In this document: positions 28,044 through 37,871 of the stretch, piece after piece
Layout: each line of letters begins with the position of its first letter
Numbering within the stretch: the first letter of the stretch is position 1
Assembly (NCBI GenBank): GCA_035289485.1
Contig: DATDXA010000031.1
Coordinates: forward strand, 1-64,000
Origin: an archaeon
GTDB lineage: Archaea > Iainarchaeota > Iainarchaeia > Iainarchaeales > Iainarchaeaceae
Length of the DNA stretch: 64,000 nt
Direction of reading: 5' to 3'
Translations under genes and position numbers: made by a program
The notes under the pieces: generated by a model
Databases searched by the model: none
The model's input: the letters and a program-made list of their open reading frames with translations, nothing else
What the model was told of the DNA's origin: nothing

Positions 28044-29027
28044 TTAGAATTCCTCTCTCTCAACCCTGTTGTCCTTGCTGCCATATTTATGGGCAAATTT
28101 CTTGATTCCGTTTTCCGAAAGGAGCGTGTTCTTTGTCCCGAGGTGCATCACTTCAGAGCTCGCATTCGCGGTTCCCCACTTTATTCCCTCTTCCGCTCCC
28201 CGCCCCTTCATTATTGCCGCAACAAACCCAGCGCCGAATGAATCCCCCGCCCCTGTCACATCAACTACCGGCACATCATAAGGCCTCATGAAATATGTGC
28301 TCTTGCCGTCTGTTGCATGGGCGCCGTGCTTTCCTTGCGTGATTGCTACAAAATCCGCAAACTCGCAGAGCTTCCGCAGGTTGCGGTGCACATCGGCAGA
28401 GCCCGTGAGCTTTAGCGCCTCCTCCGAATTCAAAAGCAGCACATCCACGCTTGCGAAAATTTTTTTCAATCCATCGAGCCCGAGCGCGAGCTCTTTTTGT
28501 CCCGGGTTAAATGCGATTTTGGCGCCAATTTTTTTCGCGTGCCTTGCAACCTTTGAGAGGAGCTCGGAGTCTGAGTGCATCGAGCTTAGGTAGAACCATT
28601 TCGCGGAAAGCTTTTCCGTGTTTATTTTCGCGTGTGAAAGCATAGCCGTGGTGCCGCCATAGTGAAGAATAATCCTGTCCTTTCCCATCCCTGTGAGAAT
28701 CACGGAGTACGCCGTGTGCGCTCCCTTCATCTTGAGAATATTTTTCACATCAACTTTTTCTTTTTTGAGCACATTCAGGATTTCAGAAGCGCTCTCATCT
28801 TCCCCAACCGCGCAGAGAATCCCTGCCTTCAATCCAAGATGGGCGAATGCAACAGAAGTGTTCACCGCCCCTCCCCCTGTGAAATAATCAAGCTCATCGA
28901 TTTCCACTTTCGAGCCGGGAGTTAACACGCACTTCTCCCCTGCCATTGAGCCCTTTGGCATGTAAACGAAAACATCCTCAGTAGCTGAGCCGATTGAGAT
29001 TACATCAAGTTTTTTGTTTGTTGCCAA
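28044..29027 (-). CDS. PfkB/ribokinase-family carbohydrate kinase
   Basis: GGGAVN, FNPG, NSEEA and DVTGAGDSF motifs. Confidence 0.92.
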   Translation of the reverse strand: MATNKKLDVISIGSATEDVFVYMPKGSMAGEKCVLTPGSKVEIDELDYFTGGGAVNTSVAFAHLGLKAGILCAVGEDESASEILNVLKKEKVDVKNILKMKGAHTAYSVILTGMGKDRIILHYGGTTAMLSHAKINTEKLSAKWFYLSSMHSDSELLSKVARHAKKIGAKIAFNPGQKELALGLDGLKKIFASVDVLLLNSEEALKLTGSADVHRNLRKLCEFADFVAITQGKHGAHATDGKSTYFMRPYDVPVVDVTGAGDSFGAGFVAAIMKGRGAEEGIKWGTANASSEVMHLGTKNTLLSENGIKKFAHKYGSKDNRVEREEF

Positions 29028-29153
29028 AATTGAAAACCGTTTTAATATGCGGTTTTCAGGTTAATTAAACCCTTTGCCGCATTTGCCCGCCTGCCGACCC
29101 CTCGCTTACCTTTAAATTCCTTAAACCCCTAATTCTTTACAATTGCTTTTGAG

Positions 29154-30155
29154 GTGATGCGCTTGGTGAAGGTTGCAATAAACGGTTTTGGCAGGATTGG
29201 AAAGCTGGTTCTGCGCAACGGCATAAAGGAAAAAGGCCTTGAATGGGTCATCAACCACCCAAAAGGCATTGAGAGCGCAATGCAGGCTTTCAAGTACGAT
29301 TCTGTTTATGGAAAATACCAAGGTGAAATTTCAATCAGCGGCACGAGCCTAATTATCGATGGGAAAAAAGTCGCCGTGATATCAACAAAGGACGCCCCCG
29401 AGAAACTTCCATGGAAGCAGATGAAAGTTGATGTTATAGTTGAGAGCACCGGGGTGTTTCGCGGCAAGGATGATGCCGGAGGGCACATAAAGGCCGGCGC
29501 AAAAAAAGTGATCATTTCAGCCCCCGCAAAGGGCGATATTGAAAGCTTTGTAATCGGCGTGAACACGGGAAAACTAAACACTTCAGCAGCGGTAATTGAC
29601 AATGCCTCGTGCACAACAAATTGCCTGATGCCCGTTCTAAAAGTTCTCAATGATAAATTCAAAATAAAGCGCGGCTTTATGACAACGATTCATGCATACA
29701 CAGCAGACCAAAACCTTGTCGATGGCGCGCATGATGATCCGCGGCGCGCACGTGCGGCAGGGCTTAATATAATTCCAACCAAAACCGGCGCATCCGAAGC
29801 GGCGGCAAAAGTAATTCCCGCGCTGAAAGGAAAAATTGACGGGAAAGCAATACGCGTTCCTGTGCCTGTGGGTTCGCTTATAGATGTCACATGCGAACTT
29901 GAAAAGAGCACAACCGCGGAGGAAATAAATGCCGAGATGAAAAAGGCTTCAGAGGGTCCGCTCAAGGGGATTTTGGGCTACACAGAAGAGCCAATAGTTT
30001 CAAGTGACATTATTGGCGATAAGCGCTCTAGCATATTTGATTCCAAGCTCACAAAAGTGATTGGCGGAAACCTAGTGCAGGTAGTTTCGTGGTACGATAA
30101 CGAAATGGGCTACTCGCAGCGCGTTGTTGATTTGGTAAAGCAGCTGAAGATTTGA
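29154..30155 (+). CDS. gap: Type I glyceraldehyde-3-phosphate dehydrogenase
   Basis: INGFGRIG, ASCTTNCL and WYDNE motifs. Confidence 0.96.
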   Translation: MMRLVKVAINGFGRIGKLVLRNGIKEKGLEWVINHPKGIESAMQAFKYDSVYGKYQGEISISGTSLIIDGKKVAVISTKDAPEKLPWKQMKVDVIVESTGVFRGKDDAGGHIKAGAKKVIISAPAKGDIESFVIGVNTGKLNTSAAVIDNASCTTNCLMPVLKVLNDKFKIKRGFMTTIHAYTADQNLVDGAHDDPRRARAAGLNIIPTKTGASEAAAKVIPALKGKIDGKAIRVPVPVGSLIDVTCELEKSTTAEEINAEMKKASEGPLKGILGYTEEPIVSSDIIGDKRSSIFDSKLTKVIGGNLVQVVSWYDNEMGYSQRVVDLVKQLKI

Positions 30156-30177
30156 TTCAAATCAGACTTTAATGTGC

Positions 30178-30540
30178 TCATACTCCCTGCAAGGCATCCA
30201 GCCCGCGATTTTTTCTGGGCGCAGAAATCTTACCGTCAAATCTTTCAGCGGACTTCCACACACGCGGCCAATCAATAAATTTACTGCCCCGCATAACGTT
30301 TCCAACCAAAAGAGCCGCGTTGCCTTCTCCGATTTTTCCTGCAAGCCTTTCGAACTCTTTATTGTCTGCTCCAGATAACTTTGCCCTTACTTCAGAAACA
30401 GAAAAAGCGCGATCGGGGCGCAGAATTCCTGCTTCCTCTTCATGCAGCTTCATTGCCTGCCTTTTCAACCGCCTATCTTCTCCAAGCAGCCTGTCCCTTT
30501 TGTTTTTTGTAAGTGGCGGCTTTACTCTTACCGGCTTCAT
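30178..30540 (-). CDS. Hypothetical basic orphan protein
   Basis: ATG 4 nt after the pgi stop; MKPVRVKPP N-terminus. Confidence 0.5.
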   Translation of the reverse strand: MKPVRVKPPLTKNKRDRLLGEDRRLKRQAMKLHEEEAGILRPDRAFSVSEVRAKLSGADNKEFERLAGKIGEGNAALLVGNVMRGSKFIDWPRVWKSAERFDGKISAPRKNRGLDALQGV

Positions 30541-30544
30541 CTGC

Positions 30545-31309
30545 TCACATTTCCCTGTACCTGTCAAACAGACTGGAAAATTCCTGCGGCCTTGCAAGCC
30601 ATGCAAATTTCTTCGGATTCTTCATCGCTTCAGAATAAATAGGCTTTTTAGTGAGTCCGAATTCAGGGAACGCCCGCGGGGCAATTAGTTTCACATGCGG
30701 AATTCCATGCCCGTATTCTTTGTTTGGCACAAACCCGTGGTGAGTTTCATAATACATTGCGCCGCGCATCTTCTCAATCGGCACGTAATCGGATTCAAAC
30801 CCCGGGTACACCCAGTTCGCCATCACAAGGGTTTCGCCCTCGGAGGGGTTCACAGTGATGTGCGCAAATCCGGGAATCATTAGGCATTTGTCCCCCGCCC
30901 GTGCATCAAAAACCAAGAACTCATCATCCTTTTGCAGAAGGTAGTGCGCGTGCCCGTGCAGCACCTCATACACTTCAGGGTACCACGTATCAGTTCCCGC
31001 AACCTTTGGGTGGTAGTGGCCGAAGGTTTTGTTGAATTCCCCCCCGACACTAAATGGCGGCAAAATTGTAACATCATACCTGAGGTTGTTTTCCATTATT
31101 TTTTTCGCGTCCTTTCGAAGGTGCACATTGCGGTACATATAATAGAATTCAGGCGGCGATTCAACTGCCGGGTTTTTGAGCACGGATTTCATCCTCTCGC
31201 GCGTTCTCACATCCGCCTCGATTTTTCCCATTCCTGCCCCAAAAATGAGCTTTGCACCATCAAGTTTGAGAGGCAGCCCGCTTGCTTTTTTGAGCTCTAT
31301 AATCGCCAT
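30545..31309 (-). CDS. pgi: Cupin-type glucose-6-phosphate isomerase family protein
   Basis: LRYDVT, KTFGHYH, PEVYEV and PGFAHITVN motifs. Confidence 0.85.
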   Translation of the reverse strand: MAIIELKKASGLPLKLDGAKLIFGAGMGKIEADVRTRERMKSVLKNPAVESPPEFYYMYRNVHLRKDAKKIMENNLRYDVTILPPFSVGGEFNKTFGHYHPKVAGTDTWYPEVYEVLHGHAHYLLQKDDEFLVFDARAGDKCLMIPGFAHITVNPSEGETLVMANWVYPGFESDYVPIEKMRGAMYYETHHGFVPNKEYGHGIPHVKLIAPRAFPEFGLTKKPIYSEAMKNPKKFAWLARPQEFSSLFDRYREM

Positions 31310-31366
31310 GAAAGTAACTGGGATGATTAGGAATAAATAGCTTCTCCTCCACAATCCAATAAATAA

Positions 31367-32620
31367 TTGGCTTGGTGTGATTGGGGGTTTTTGGTTTTGC
31401 AGTACAAAACGGTTTTTGATTACAAATTAAAGGGAAAAACTGTATTCGTGCGCGCCGATTTGAACAGCTCCGTTGTTGAAGGCCGCGTTGTGATTTCCTC
31501 GCGCCTTCGCGAGCATTCAAAAACCATTTACGCGCTAAGTGAAGAAGGCGCAAAAGTCGTTTTGCTTTCACATCAGGGCCGCCCTGGAGAGGACGAATTT
31601 ATCGAGCTCAAAAGGCACGCTGACCATATAAGAAAATTCACAGGGAAGCCGCTCAAATTCGTTCGCTGGAGCGAGGATTATGTGGGCGCCATTAAAGCAA
31701 TGAAAGAAGGGGATGTGATTTTGCTCGACAACACCCGCTTCCAAAAAGAGGAGCAGGAAGACAAAACCCCGCAAGAGCACGGCAAGGACCCGTTCATCAA
31801 AAATTTGGGGCCTTTGGGGCAGCTTTTTGTTCAGGATTCCCTGAGCGTTTGCCACAGGCCGCACGCAAGCGTTGTGGGTTTCAAAAAGTACATGCCATGC
31901 GTTGCAGGCCCTGTGCTTTCGCATGAATTAGAGGCGCTCTCAAAGCTTGACAAATCCAAAAGAAGCGGAAAGCTCGTGGTTCTCGGAGGATCCAAGCTCT
32001 CTGATTCTGTTGCAATTCTAAAAGGCATGCTTGATAGCGGCATGTGCAATGAGGCATGCATAGGCGGGCTATTTGGCGAGCTGTTTTTGAAAGCGAAAGG
32101 AACTGATTTTGGGGCAAAAGAAAAGTTCTTCTCGGAAAAAGGCTTTGAAAAGATGCTTCCTGCCGCCAAGGCGCTTTTGCAAAAGCACGGCAAGAAAATA
32201 ATCCTTCCAACCGACCTTGCAATCGAGGTTCCTAATGGCGCGGGAAAGAACGGCGCAAGCTCAAAGCGCAAGGAGATAAAAATCTCAGATTTACCAAGCG
32301 AATACAGCCCGCTTGATATCGGCAGCGAAACCACGGAGATTTTCAAAAAGAAAATCAGGCAATCCGAAGTCGTGGTATTCAACGGCCCGATGGGCGTTTA
32401 CGAGAAAACCAAGTTCTCTGTTGGCACAAAAAAAGTACTCGAAGCAATCGCATTCCACCGCTGCTTCTCAATTATTGGGGGAGGTGATACCGAGCGAGCG
32501 CTCACTTCATTCGGGCTTGTGCCGCAGGATTTTTCGCATGTCTCGCTTGCCGGAAAAGCACTTTTGCAATATTTGAGCGCGGAGCCGCTTCCCGGCCTTG
32601 AGATTTTGGAAAAAAAATAA
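31367..32620 (+). CDS. pgk: Phosphoglycerate kinase
   Basis: VRADLN, SHQGRP, HRPHAS, NGPMGVYE and GGGDT motifs. Confidence 0.95.
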   Translation: MAWCDWGFLVLQYKTVFDYKLKGKTVFVRADLNSSVVEGRVVISSRLREHSKTIYALSEEGAKVVLLSHQGRPGEDEFIELKRHADHIRKFTGKPLKFVRWSEDYVGAIKAMKEGDVILLDNTRFQKEEQEDKTPQEHGKDPFIKNLGPLGQLFVQDSLSVCHRPHASVVGFKKYMPCVAGPVLSHELEALSKLDKSKRSGKLVVLGGSKLSDSVAILKGMLDSGMCNEACIGGLFGELFLKAKGTDFGAKEKFFSEKGFEKMLPAAKALLQKHGKKIILPTDLAIEVPNGAGKNGASSKRKEIKISDLPSEYSPLDIGSETTEIFKKKIRQSEVVVFNGPMGVYEKTKFSVGTKKVLEAIAFHRCFSIIGGGDTERALTSFGLVPQDFSHVSLAGKALLQYLSAEPLPGLEILEKK

Positions 32621-32639
32621 TCAGGGCTAGTCACAAAAT

Positions 32640-33782
32640 CTAAACAAGTTCAATTATCTGCTTTGCAATTTCCGCTTTCGTTCCCCCGAGCCACTTTGAT
32701 TTTTTTGCGGAGCAAAAATACATCTCCCTCTTTTCAGCTTCGCGTGCATGCGCCCTGAGATCCGTTGCAGCAAGCGCGTGCAGCCCTTTCTTTTTTAAAA
32801 ATTCCTTTGCCTCTTTCTCAATTTGCGCTCTGCTCTTGCCCCAAAGCGCCTTGAATGCGACAATTTTTATGTGCGGGAATTTTTTGCGCACGGTTTCTAT
32901 GAGTTTTGCGCGTGGCTTCAAATCCAAAGTTACTGTTTTAATTGAATCCATTTTTCCAGGGGTTTTTTTCAATTCAAAATCCGGAATTGCCGCAGGGCAG
33001 AAAAAATATTCTGCGCCGCGCGCAAGTTCACTTAGAACCTTTTCTTCCAATTCATCCGCAAAATCCGCCCTTTCAAAATCCAGAAATTCAGACCCTACTT
33101 TATTTCCAATTATTTTCACGTTCCCCTTCTGCCTTTTGAGCTCAAGTGCGAGTTCGGTTCCGAGTTCACCCGTGCTGTGGTTTGTAATAACGCGCACATC
33201 ATCAATTTTTTCCTGTATTGCTCCGGAAGCAACAACAATTTTCTTTCCTGCAAATTTATTTCTGGAAAGCGCCCTCTCCACTTCAAAAACAATTTTGCCA
33301 ATGGATGCAAGCTTTGCCTTTCCATCTTCTTCTAGCGGCGCAATCATTCTCACCCCGCGCGTTTCAAGCTTTTTGAGGTTCTCCAAAACAATAGGGTGCT
33401 CATACATGGGCTTGTGCATTGCAGGCGCCAGCAGAACCGGCTTTCCCGCCCCGATTGCAACAGTTGCCATTGTTGTCACGGGCGTATCATCGATTCCCAT
33501 TGCTATTTTGCTTATCGTGTTTGCTGTTGCGGGCGCAATAAGAAGCAGGCTCGCTTTTCCCTTTTTTCCAAAAAGCTTCACATGCTCAATGTTTCCGGTA
33601 AGCTTTGAAATTACCGATTTTCCGGAAGCAAATTCCATCGATTCTTCGCTTACAAGCTGCCTGCCCCATCCGCTCATAACAACTTGGACTTCAAACCCTT
33701 TCCTTCGCAGTTCGCGGCATAGTTCAAATGAGCGCACCGCAGCAATGCTACCTGTAACGCCAAGAACTATCAGATGTTTCAT
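32640..33782 (-). CDS. coaBC: Phosphopantothenoylcysteine decarboxylase/ligase
   Basis: GVTGSIAA, APATANTISK, PAMH..M and IDDVRVITNHSTG motifs. Confidence 0.93.
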   Translation of the reverse strand: MKHLIVLGVTGSIAAVRSFELCRELRRKGFEVQVVMSGWGRQLVSEESMEFASGKSVISKLTGNIEHVKLFGKKGKASLLLIAPATANTISKIAMGIDDTPVTTMATVAIGAGKPVLLAPAMHKPMYEHPIVLENLKKLETRGVRMIAPLEEDGKAKLASIGKIVFEVERALSRNKFAGKKIVVASGAIQEKIDDVRVITNHSTGELGTELALELKRQKGNVKIIGNKVGSEFLDFERADFADELEEKVLSELARGAEYFFCPAAIPDFELKKTPGKMDSIKTVTLDLKPRAKLIETVRKKFPHIKIVAFKALWGKSRAQIEKEAKEFLKKKGLHALAATDLRAHAREAEKREMYFCSAKKSKWLGGTKAEIAKQIIELV

Positions 33783-33824
33783 AGGTTATTTGCGCGTGGA
33801 AAGCGGTAAAAAAGGGTGTATGCT

Positions 33825-34760
33825 TTAAGTATCGTCCGTTAGTGAACTGCCATCAGTGAAGAAAAACGTAATGCGGAACGTACCCGGTGTTAGTATAGAT
33901 TTGTTGCTATAAAGGTCAAAGGTCTGCGCGCCCGAGTTTGCAGGAATCTGCTGCCCATAATCTGAATTCTGCTGGCTGCCATTCTTGCGCACAACAACTG
34001 GCCAAGCCCCATTATTGACTGTTGACCAATAATCGCCTGTGCCATTCAGCCTCACATCAATATGGTCTATCGTCTTGGGGTTTGTCAATGTCAGATTTGC
34101 AGTCCAATGCCAGTCTGGACCGTCACCGGGCAAAAAATCATTGGCGCTGTTGCCATAATCTTTTGCGAAATCAGCAGAGGCCGAGTCAAGCAAAACACTG
34201 AGCGAATTGCTTCCGCCACCGGGCGGCGGAGACGAAGGGCAGTTGCTATTTTTCACTTCCACCGCGCCCTTTTCAGTGTAGGTCTTTACAATCTTGGTAG
34301 TTGTGCAGGGGAAACCGGCGCATGAATATGCCTTGACATCATAAATGTCGCAAACCTCGCTTCCGGATAAAGTGCAAGGGATGTCCTTGTGCGTTGTATT
34401 GACTGTCACGTTTTCTGACCACTGGCAATAAATCTGCCCGTACTTCTGGCCCACTATCTCCACTTTGTATTTTGCAACTGCCGCCCCAATATCAACCCCT
34501 ATTGTAAAAGTATCTCCAGAGCCGCTCCCCGAACCGCCTCCGGTTGATGTTGCCGTGAACTTCTTGCACGCGGTAGGAGTGGTTATTTTTATCCCATCAG
34601 GCGAGGGTGGAATATTGCTTTTCACCCCATCAAAGTTGCATCCGGTCGTGCTCTGCCCTGTTCCAATCGCATTGAGCGCAATGACCGTTATGATTGCGAG
34701 CACCGCAAGCCCGCCGCCGAGAAGAAGGTATTCGGTTGCGGTCTGGGCGCGTTACATCAT
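33825..34760 (-). pseudogene. Pilin paralog 3 with in-frame TAA at codon 3
   Basis: ATG ATG TAA CGC GCC CAG ACC GCA ACC GAA TAC reads MM*RAQTATEY, then stays open to 33825. Confidence 0.75.
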
Positions 34761-34783
34761 AGTGAATAGAATGCCTTCAAGTA

Positions 34784-34796
34784 TATTTTAAGCTTT
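34784..34796 (-). promoter_or_regulatory. BRE/TATA-like promoter AAAGCTTAAAATA
   Basis: About 24 nt upstream of the ATG; near-identical motif precedes all three pilin paralogs. Confidence 0.6.
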
Positions 34797-34815
34797 GCAA
34801 ACGATTATAGTCTGA

Positions 34816-35745
34816 TTACGGATAATGGCATCCCCATATCGCGGTTCCTGCACCCGAGCATGCCCACCACTGTACCCCCGCAGAGGTATACGAATCAAAT
34901 ACATACCCTCCATTCGTGCATGTATTAGGGGAACTGCCGCATGCAGGAATCGGCATGCAAGTGCCGCCATAATAATTGTAACCGAATCCGCAACCGCAGC
35001 TATTTGGCGGAACCCAAAATGATGGCGAGGTGCAAGTAACCTTTGCTACACAAGTGCCCGATAAAAATACGAAATTCGGGTTGTCGCATTCGCAAGTGGT
35101 GCCGTAAGAATCAACATGCGCTCCTGCAGGGCATGTAAACGGCGTAACAGGAACCACTGGTGCGGATGTACCGGGGCAGTCGCTGTTTTTCACTTCCACT
35201 GCGCCCTTTTCCATTGAGATTTCCATTGTTTTGTTCTGGGAATCGAATGCATACGCCGCCACATCATATGCGCCGCATGGGGCATCGCCCGGCACATTGC
35301 ACACATACGAGACCGTGCTGCCATTGGGTTGCGCCACATTAGCAGGGTAGCTGTACCCCCCTGGGTTTTGGTCAGCGCAGAAACTATAGCCTGCGGACTT
35401 TTGCGAACTCACAATCACGCCGTATCTTTTCACCTTCGAGCCCACATCGAATTTCACCACAAATGAACTACTATACCCAGAGCCGCTTCCGGAGCCTCCT
35501 ACTCCTGTCATAATGGCCTTTTTGCATAATGTCGGGCTCGTTATCCTAATCCCATCCGGCGGCACCACAAGGCTGCTTTTTCCGGCATCAAAGTTGCAGT
35601 TGGTCAGGTCCTCTCCAGTTCCTATGGTATTGAGTGCCAGAATAGTAATAATCACAAGGACAGCCACGGCTCCTCCAATTAGCAGCAGGTATTCGGTCGC
35701 TGTCTGAGCACGTTTTTTGGCAAAAAAACCCTTCAATTCTGGCAT
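34816..35745 (-). CDS. Pilin paralog 2 with Cys-rich C-terminal domain
   Basis: KRA/QTATEYLLLIGG; CNFD; EKGAVEVK; EGF-like Cys-rich tail. Confidence 0.85.
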   Translation of the reverse strand: MPELKGFFAKKRAQTATEYLLLIGGAVAVLVIITILALNTIGTGEDLTNCNFDAGKSSLVVPPDGIRITSPTLCKKAIMTGVGGSGSGSGYSSSFVVKFDVGSKVKRYGVIVSSQKSAGYSFCADQNPGGYSYPANVAQPNGSTVSYVCNVPGDAPCGAYDVAAYAFDSQNKTMEISMEKGAVEVKNSDCPGTSAPVVPVTPFTCPAGAHVDSYGTTCECDNPNFVFLSGTCVAKVTCTSPSFWVPPNSCGCGFGYNYYGGTCMPIPACGSSPNTCTNGGYVFDSYTSAGVQWWACSGAGTAIWGCHYP

Positions 35746-35767
35746 GCCAATAATAACCGATTCATGA

Positions 35768-35779
35768 TATTTAAGCTTT
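35768..35779 (-). promoter_or_regulatory. BRE/TATA-like promoter AAAGCTTAAATA
   Basis: About 23 nt upstream of the ATG; identical to 36383..36394. Confidence 0.6.
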
Positions 35780-35797
35780 CTTGGCGCGGATTTATTG

Positions 35798-36334
35798 CTA
35801 GCAAACGCCGCTGAATTTCACAACGACAGCGCCCTTTTCCGTTGCGGATTCTGACAATTTGTTCGATAAATCATAGGCACTCACAACCACATCATAAGTG
35901 CCGCATTGTTCGGAGCCATCCGGATAGCAATAATGAGTCACCGAAGTCGCATTCGGTGGCACTGGCTGATTTGACAAATCACAGAAATATGCGCCCGATA
36001 TCTGCGATTTTATTGTCACGCTGTATTTTGAAACTTTCGGCCCGACATCGAATTTTACCGCAAACCAGTCATCTCCTGAACCGCTCCCTGATCCGCTTCC
36101 GGATCCGCCGCTAAATGAGGTCATAATCGCCTTTTTGCACGCTGTAGGGGACGTTATTTTCACCCCATCCGGCGCGACAGGTATGTTGCTTTTCACAGAA
36201 TCAAAGTTGCAGCCGGTCTGGGTTTGCCCAGTTCCAATGGTGTTAAGCGCGAGAACGGTTATTATCGCAAGAACTGCCAATGCTCCGCCGAGCAGAAGAA
36301 GATATTCGGTTGCTGTCTGTGCGCGGCTTTCCAT
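35798..36334 (-). CDS. Pilin paralog 1 (core domain only)
   Basis: SRA/QTATEYLLLLGG; CNFD; EKGAVVVK. Confidence 0.85.
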   Translation of the reverse strand: MESRAQTATEYLLLLGGALAVLAIITVLALNTIGTGQTQTGCNFDSVKSNIPVAPDGVKITSPTACKKAIMTSFSGGSGSGSGSGSGDDWFAVKFDVGPKVSKYSVTIKSQISGAYFCDLSNQPVPPNATSVTHYCYPDGSEQCGTYDVVVSAYDLSNKLSESATEKGAVVVKFSGVC

Positions 36335-36382
36335 TCAAAAATCCCCTGATGCCAATAGTGTAACCAAATAGCTTATTCCTGT

Positions 36383-36394
36383 TATTTAAGCTTT
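36383..36394 (-). promoter_or_regulatory. BRE/TATA-like promoter AAAGCTTAAATA
   Basis: Identical 12-mer upstream of paralog 1. Confidence 0.55.
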
Positions 36395-36480
36395 CTTCAG
36401 GCCCATTTCCCCATCCAAAACTCCTGGGATTTTAGGAATGTTCTTAATCACTTTCAGCCCCCCATTTTTAGGTATTTCCA

Positions 36481-37599
36481 ATGCAGCTAGACAACCTCTC
36501 ACTTGCATACCTTATAGAAGAGCTAAGGCCAACACTTGACGGGGCGTATGTGAACAAGGTTTCGCAAACAGATAATGGCTGGCTAAAAATAAAGCTCCAC
36601 TCAAAAAAAGGCTCGAAGGATTTGATAATTGCAAAGAACAATTTCTTCATTTCAAATTATTCAATTCAGGCAAAGCACGGCAAGAACAATTTCGCGGTTT
36701 CGCTCAAAAAAAGCCTCTACAACAAAAAGCTGGTTTCCGCGCAAACACACGATTTCGACCGCGTGGTTGAATTCAAATTTCTAGAGCACACGCTTGTTCT
36801 TGAGCTCCTTGGCGAGGGCAATCAAATCCTCATGGGAAAGGACGGGAAAATAATTTCTTGCGCGCGCAACGAGGACTGGGCTGACCGCAAAACCCGCAGG
36901 GGCGAGACATATATTTTCCCAAAGCACCAGCGCAATCCCGCGCAGCTTGAGGGCGATGATCTAAAAAAGATTTTCGGCTTTTCGGAAAAGGACGCAATCC
37001 GCGCCCTGCTCTCTTCTGTAAACATTCCGCCCCTGATTGCAGAAGAAACTTTTTTCCTTCTAAAAATCGACAAGGCAAAGCCCGCTGCAAAAGTTTCCGA
37101 AGCGGAAGCCGAAAGGGTGGCAGCCAAAATAAGGGAATTCTACTCGCTCAAAGAGGAATACGTGCCGGTCTCTTACAAGGGTTTCGTTTTTCCTTTTCCA
37201 CTTCAGCACCTAAAGGAACAGCCCGCGCCCATAAAATCACTAAACGATTTTCTAAATGAATTGCTAGTGCCCACGATTTCCACTCCAAAAGAGGAGGAGA
37301 AAAAGACGGTTTCCAAGAGCCGCGTCTCGGGACTTGAATTCATGCAAAAGCAGCAGGTGGAGGCGAAAAAGAAATTCGAGCTTGCGGCAGAGGAAAACAA
37401 CCGCAAAGCAGAGCTCATATACGAGCATTACAATGAAATCGAGGAGCTGCGAAAGGCCGTGCTCGCAGGTGTGCAAAAGAACCTTAACGAAAAAAAGATT
37501 TCAGAAGCCCTATTTGCCGCCGCTTCAAAAGGAAATGCGGCGGCTAGGCTGCTAAAAAAACTTGACATCAAGAAAAAGAAAATGGAACTTGAACTTTGA
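36481..37599 (+). CDS. NFACT/Rqc2 (RqcH, FbpA-like) family protein, N-terminal half only
   Basis: LIEELR..L.G..V.KV.Q start; FDRVVEF; LELLGEGN; GETYIFP; coiled coil. Confidence 0.78.
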   Translation: MQLDNLSLAYLIEELRPTLDGAYVNKVSQTDNGWLKIKLHSKKGSKDLIIAKNNFFISNYSIQAKHGKNNFAVSLKKSLYNKKLVSAQTHDFDRVVEFKFLEHTLVLELLGEGNQILMGKDGKIISCARNEDWADRKTRRGETYIFPKHQRNPAQLEGDDLKKIFGFSEKDAIRALLSSVNIPPLIAEETFFLLKIDKAKPAAKVSEAEAERVAAKIREFYSLKEEYVPVSYKGFVFPFPLQHLKEQPAPIKSLNDFLNELLVPTISTPKEEEKKTVSKSRVSGLEFMQKQQVEAKKKFELAAEENNRKAELIYEHYNEIEELRKAVLAGVQKNLNEKKISEALFAAASKGNAAARLLKKLDIKKKKMELEL

Positions 37600-37604
37600 T
37601 AAAA

Positions 37605-37871
37605 TTATCTCTGTTCAGAGCCTATTTCCCTTTCATCAACTATGAAGACATCGCTAACCGCTGTTACTGCGGAGTACGGCACTTCAATTATCCTGTCCTT
37701 GGCGTCAATTTTCTTTGCCACTTTAGATTCCCTGTCGACTTCGACAAGAAGGTGCTCTATTGTGCCTGTCTGCTCATCAACGAGAAGGTCAACTAGCTTT
37801 CCAACTTCGTCTCCTCTGTTGGTAATGACCCTTTTTGTTGCAAGCTGCCTTGCTATTGTGTATTTGTACAT
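37605..37871 (-). CDS. PRC-barrel domain protein (CdpB-like)
   Basis: VITNRGDEVGKLVDLLVDEQTG and VPYSAVTAVSDVFIV. Confidence 0.88.
   Translation of the reverse strand: MYKYTIARQLATKRVITNRGDEVGKLVDLLVDEQTGTIEHLLVEVDRESKVAKKIDAKDRIIEVPYSAVTAVSDVFIVDEREIGSEQR

Noticed and set aside
34752..34754. Stop-codon reassignment or readthrough of TAA
   Set aside because: TAA terminates many clear genes here (for example pgk, coaD, hel308); a single case fits mutation or error better
33825..36334. Diversity-generating retroelement acting on the pilins
   Set aside because: No reverse transcriptase and no near-identical TR/VR pair with adenine-specific differences
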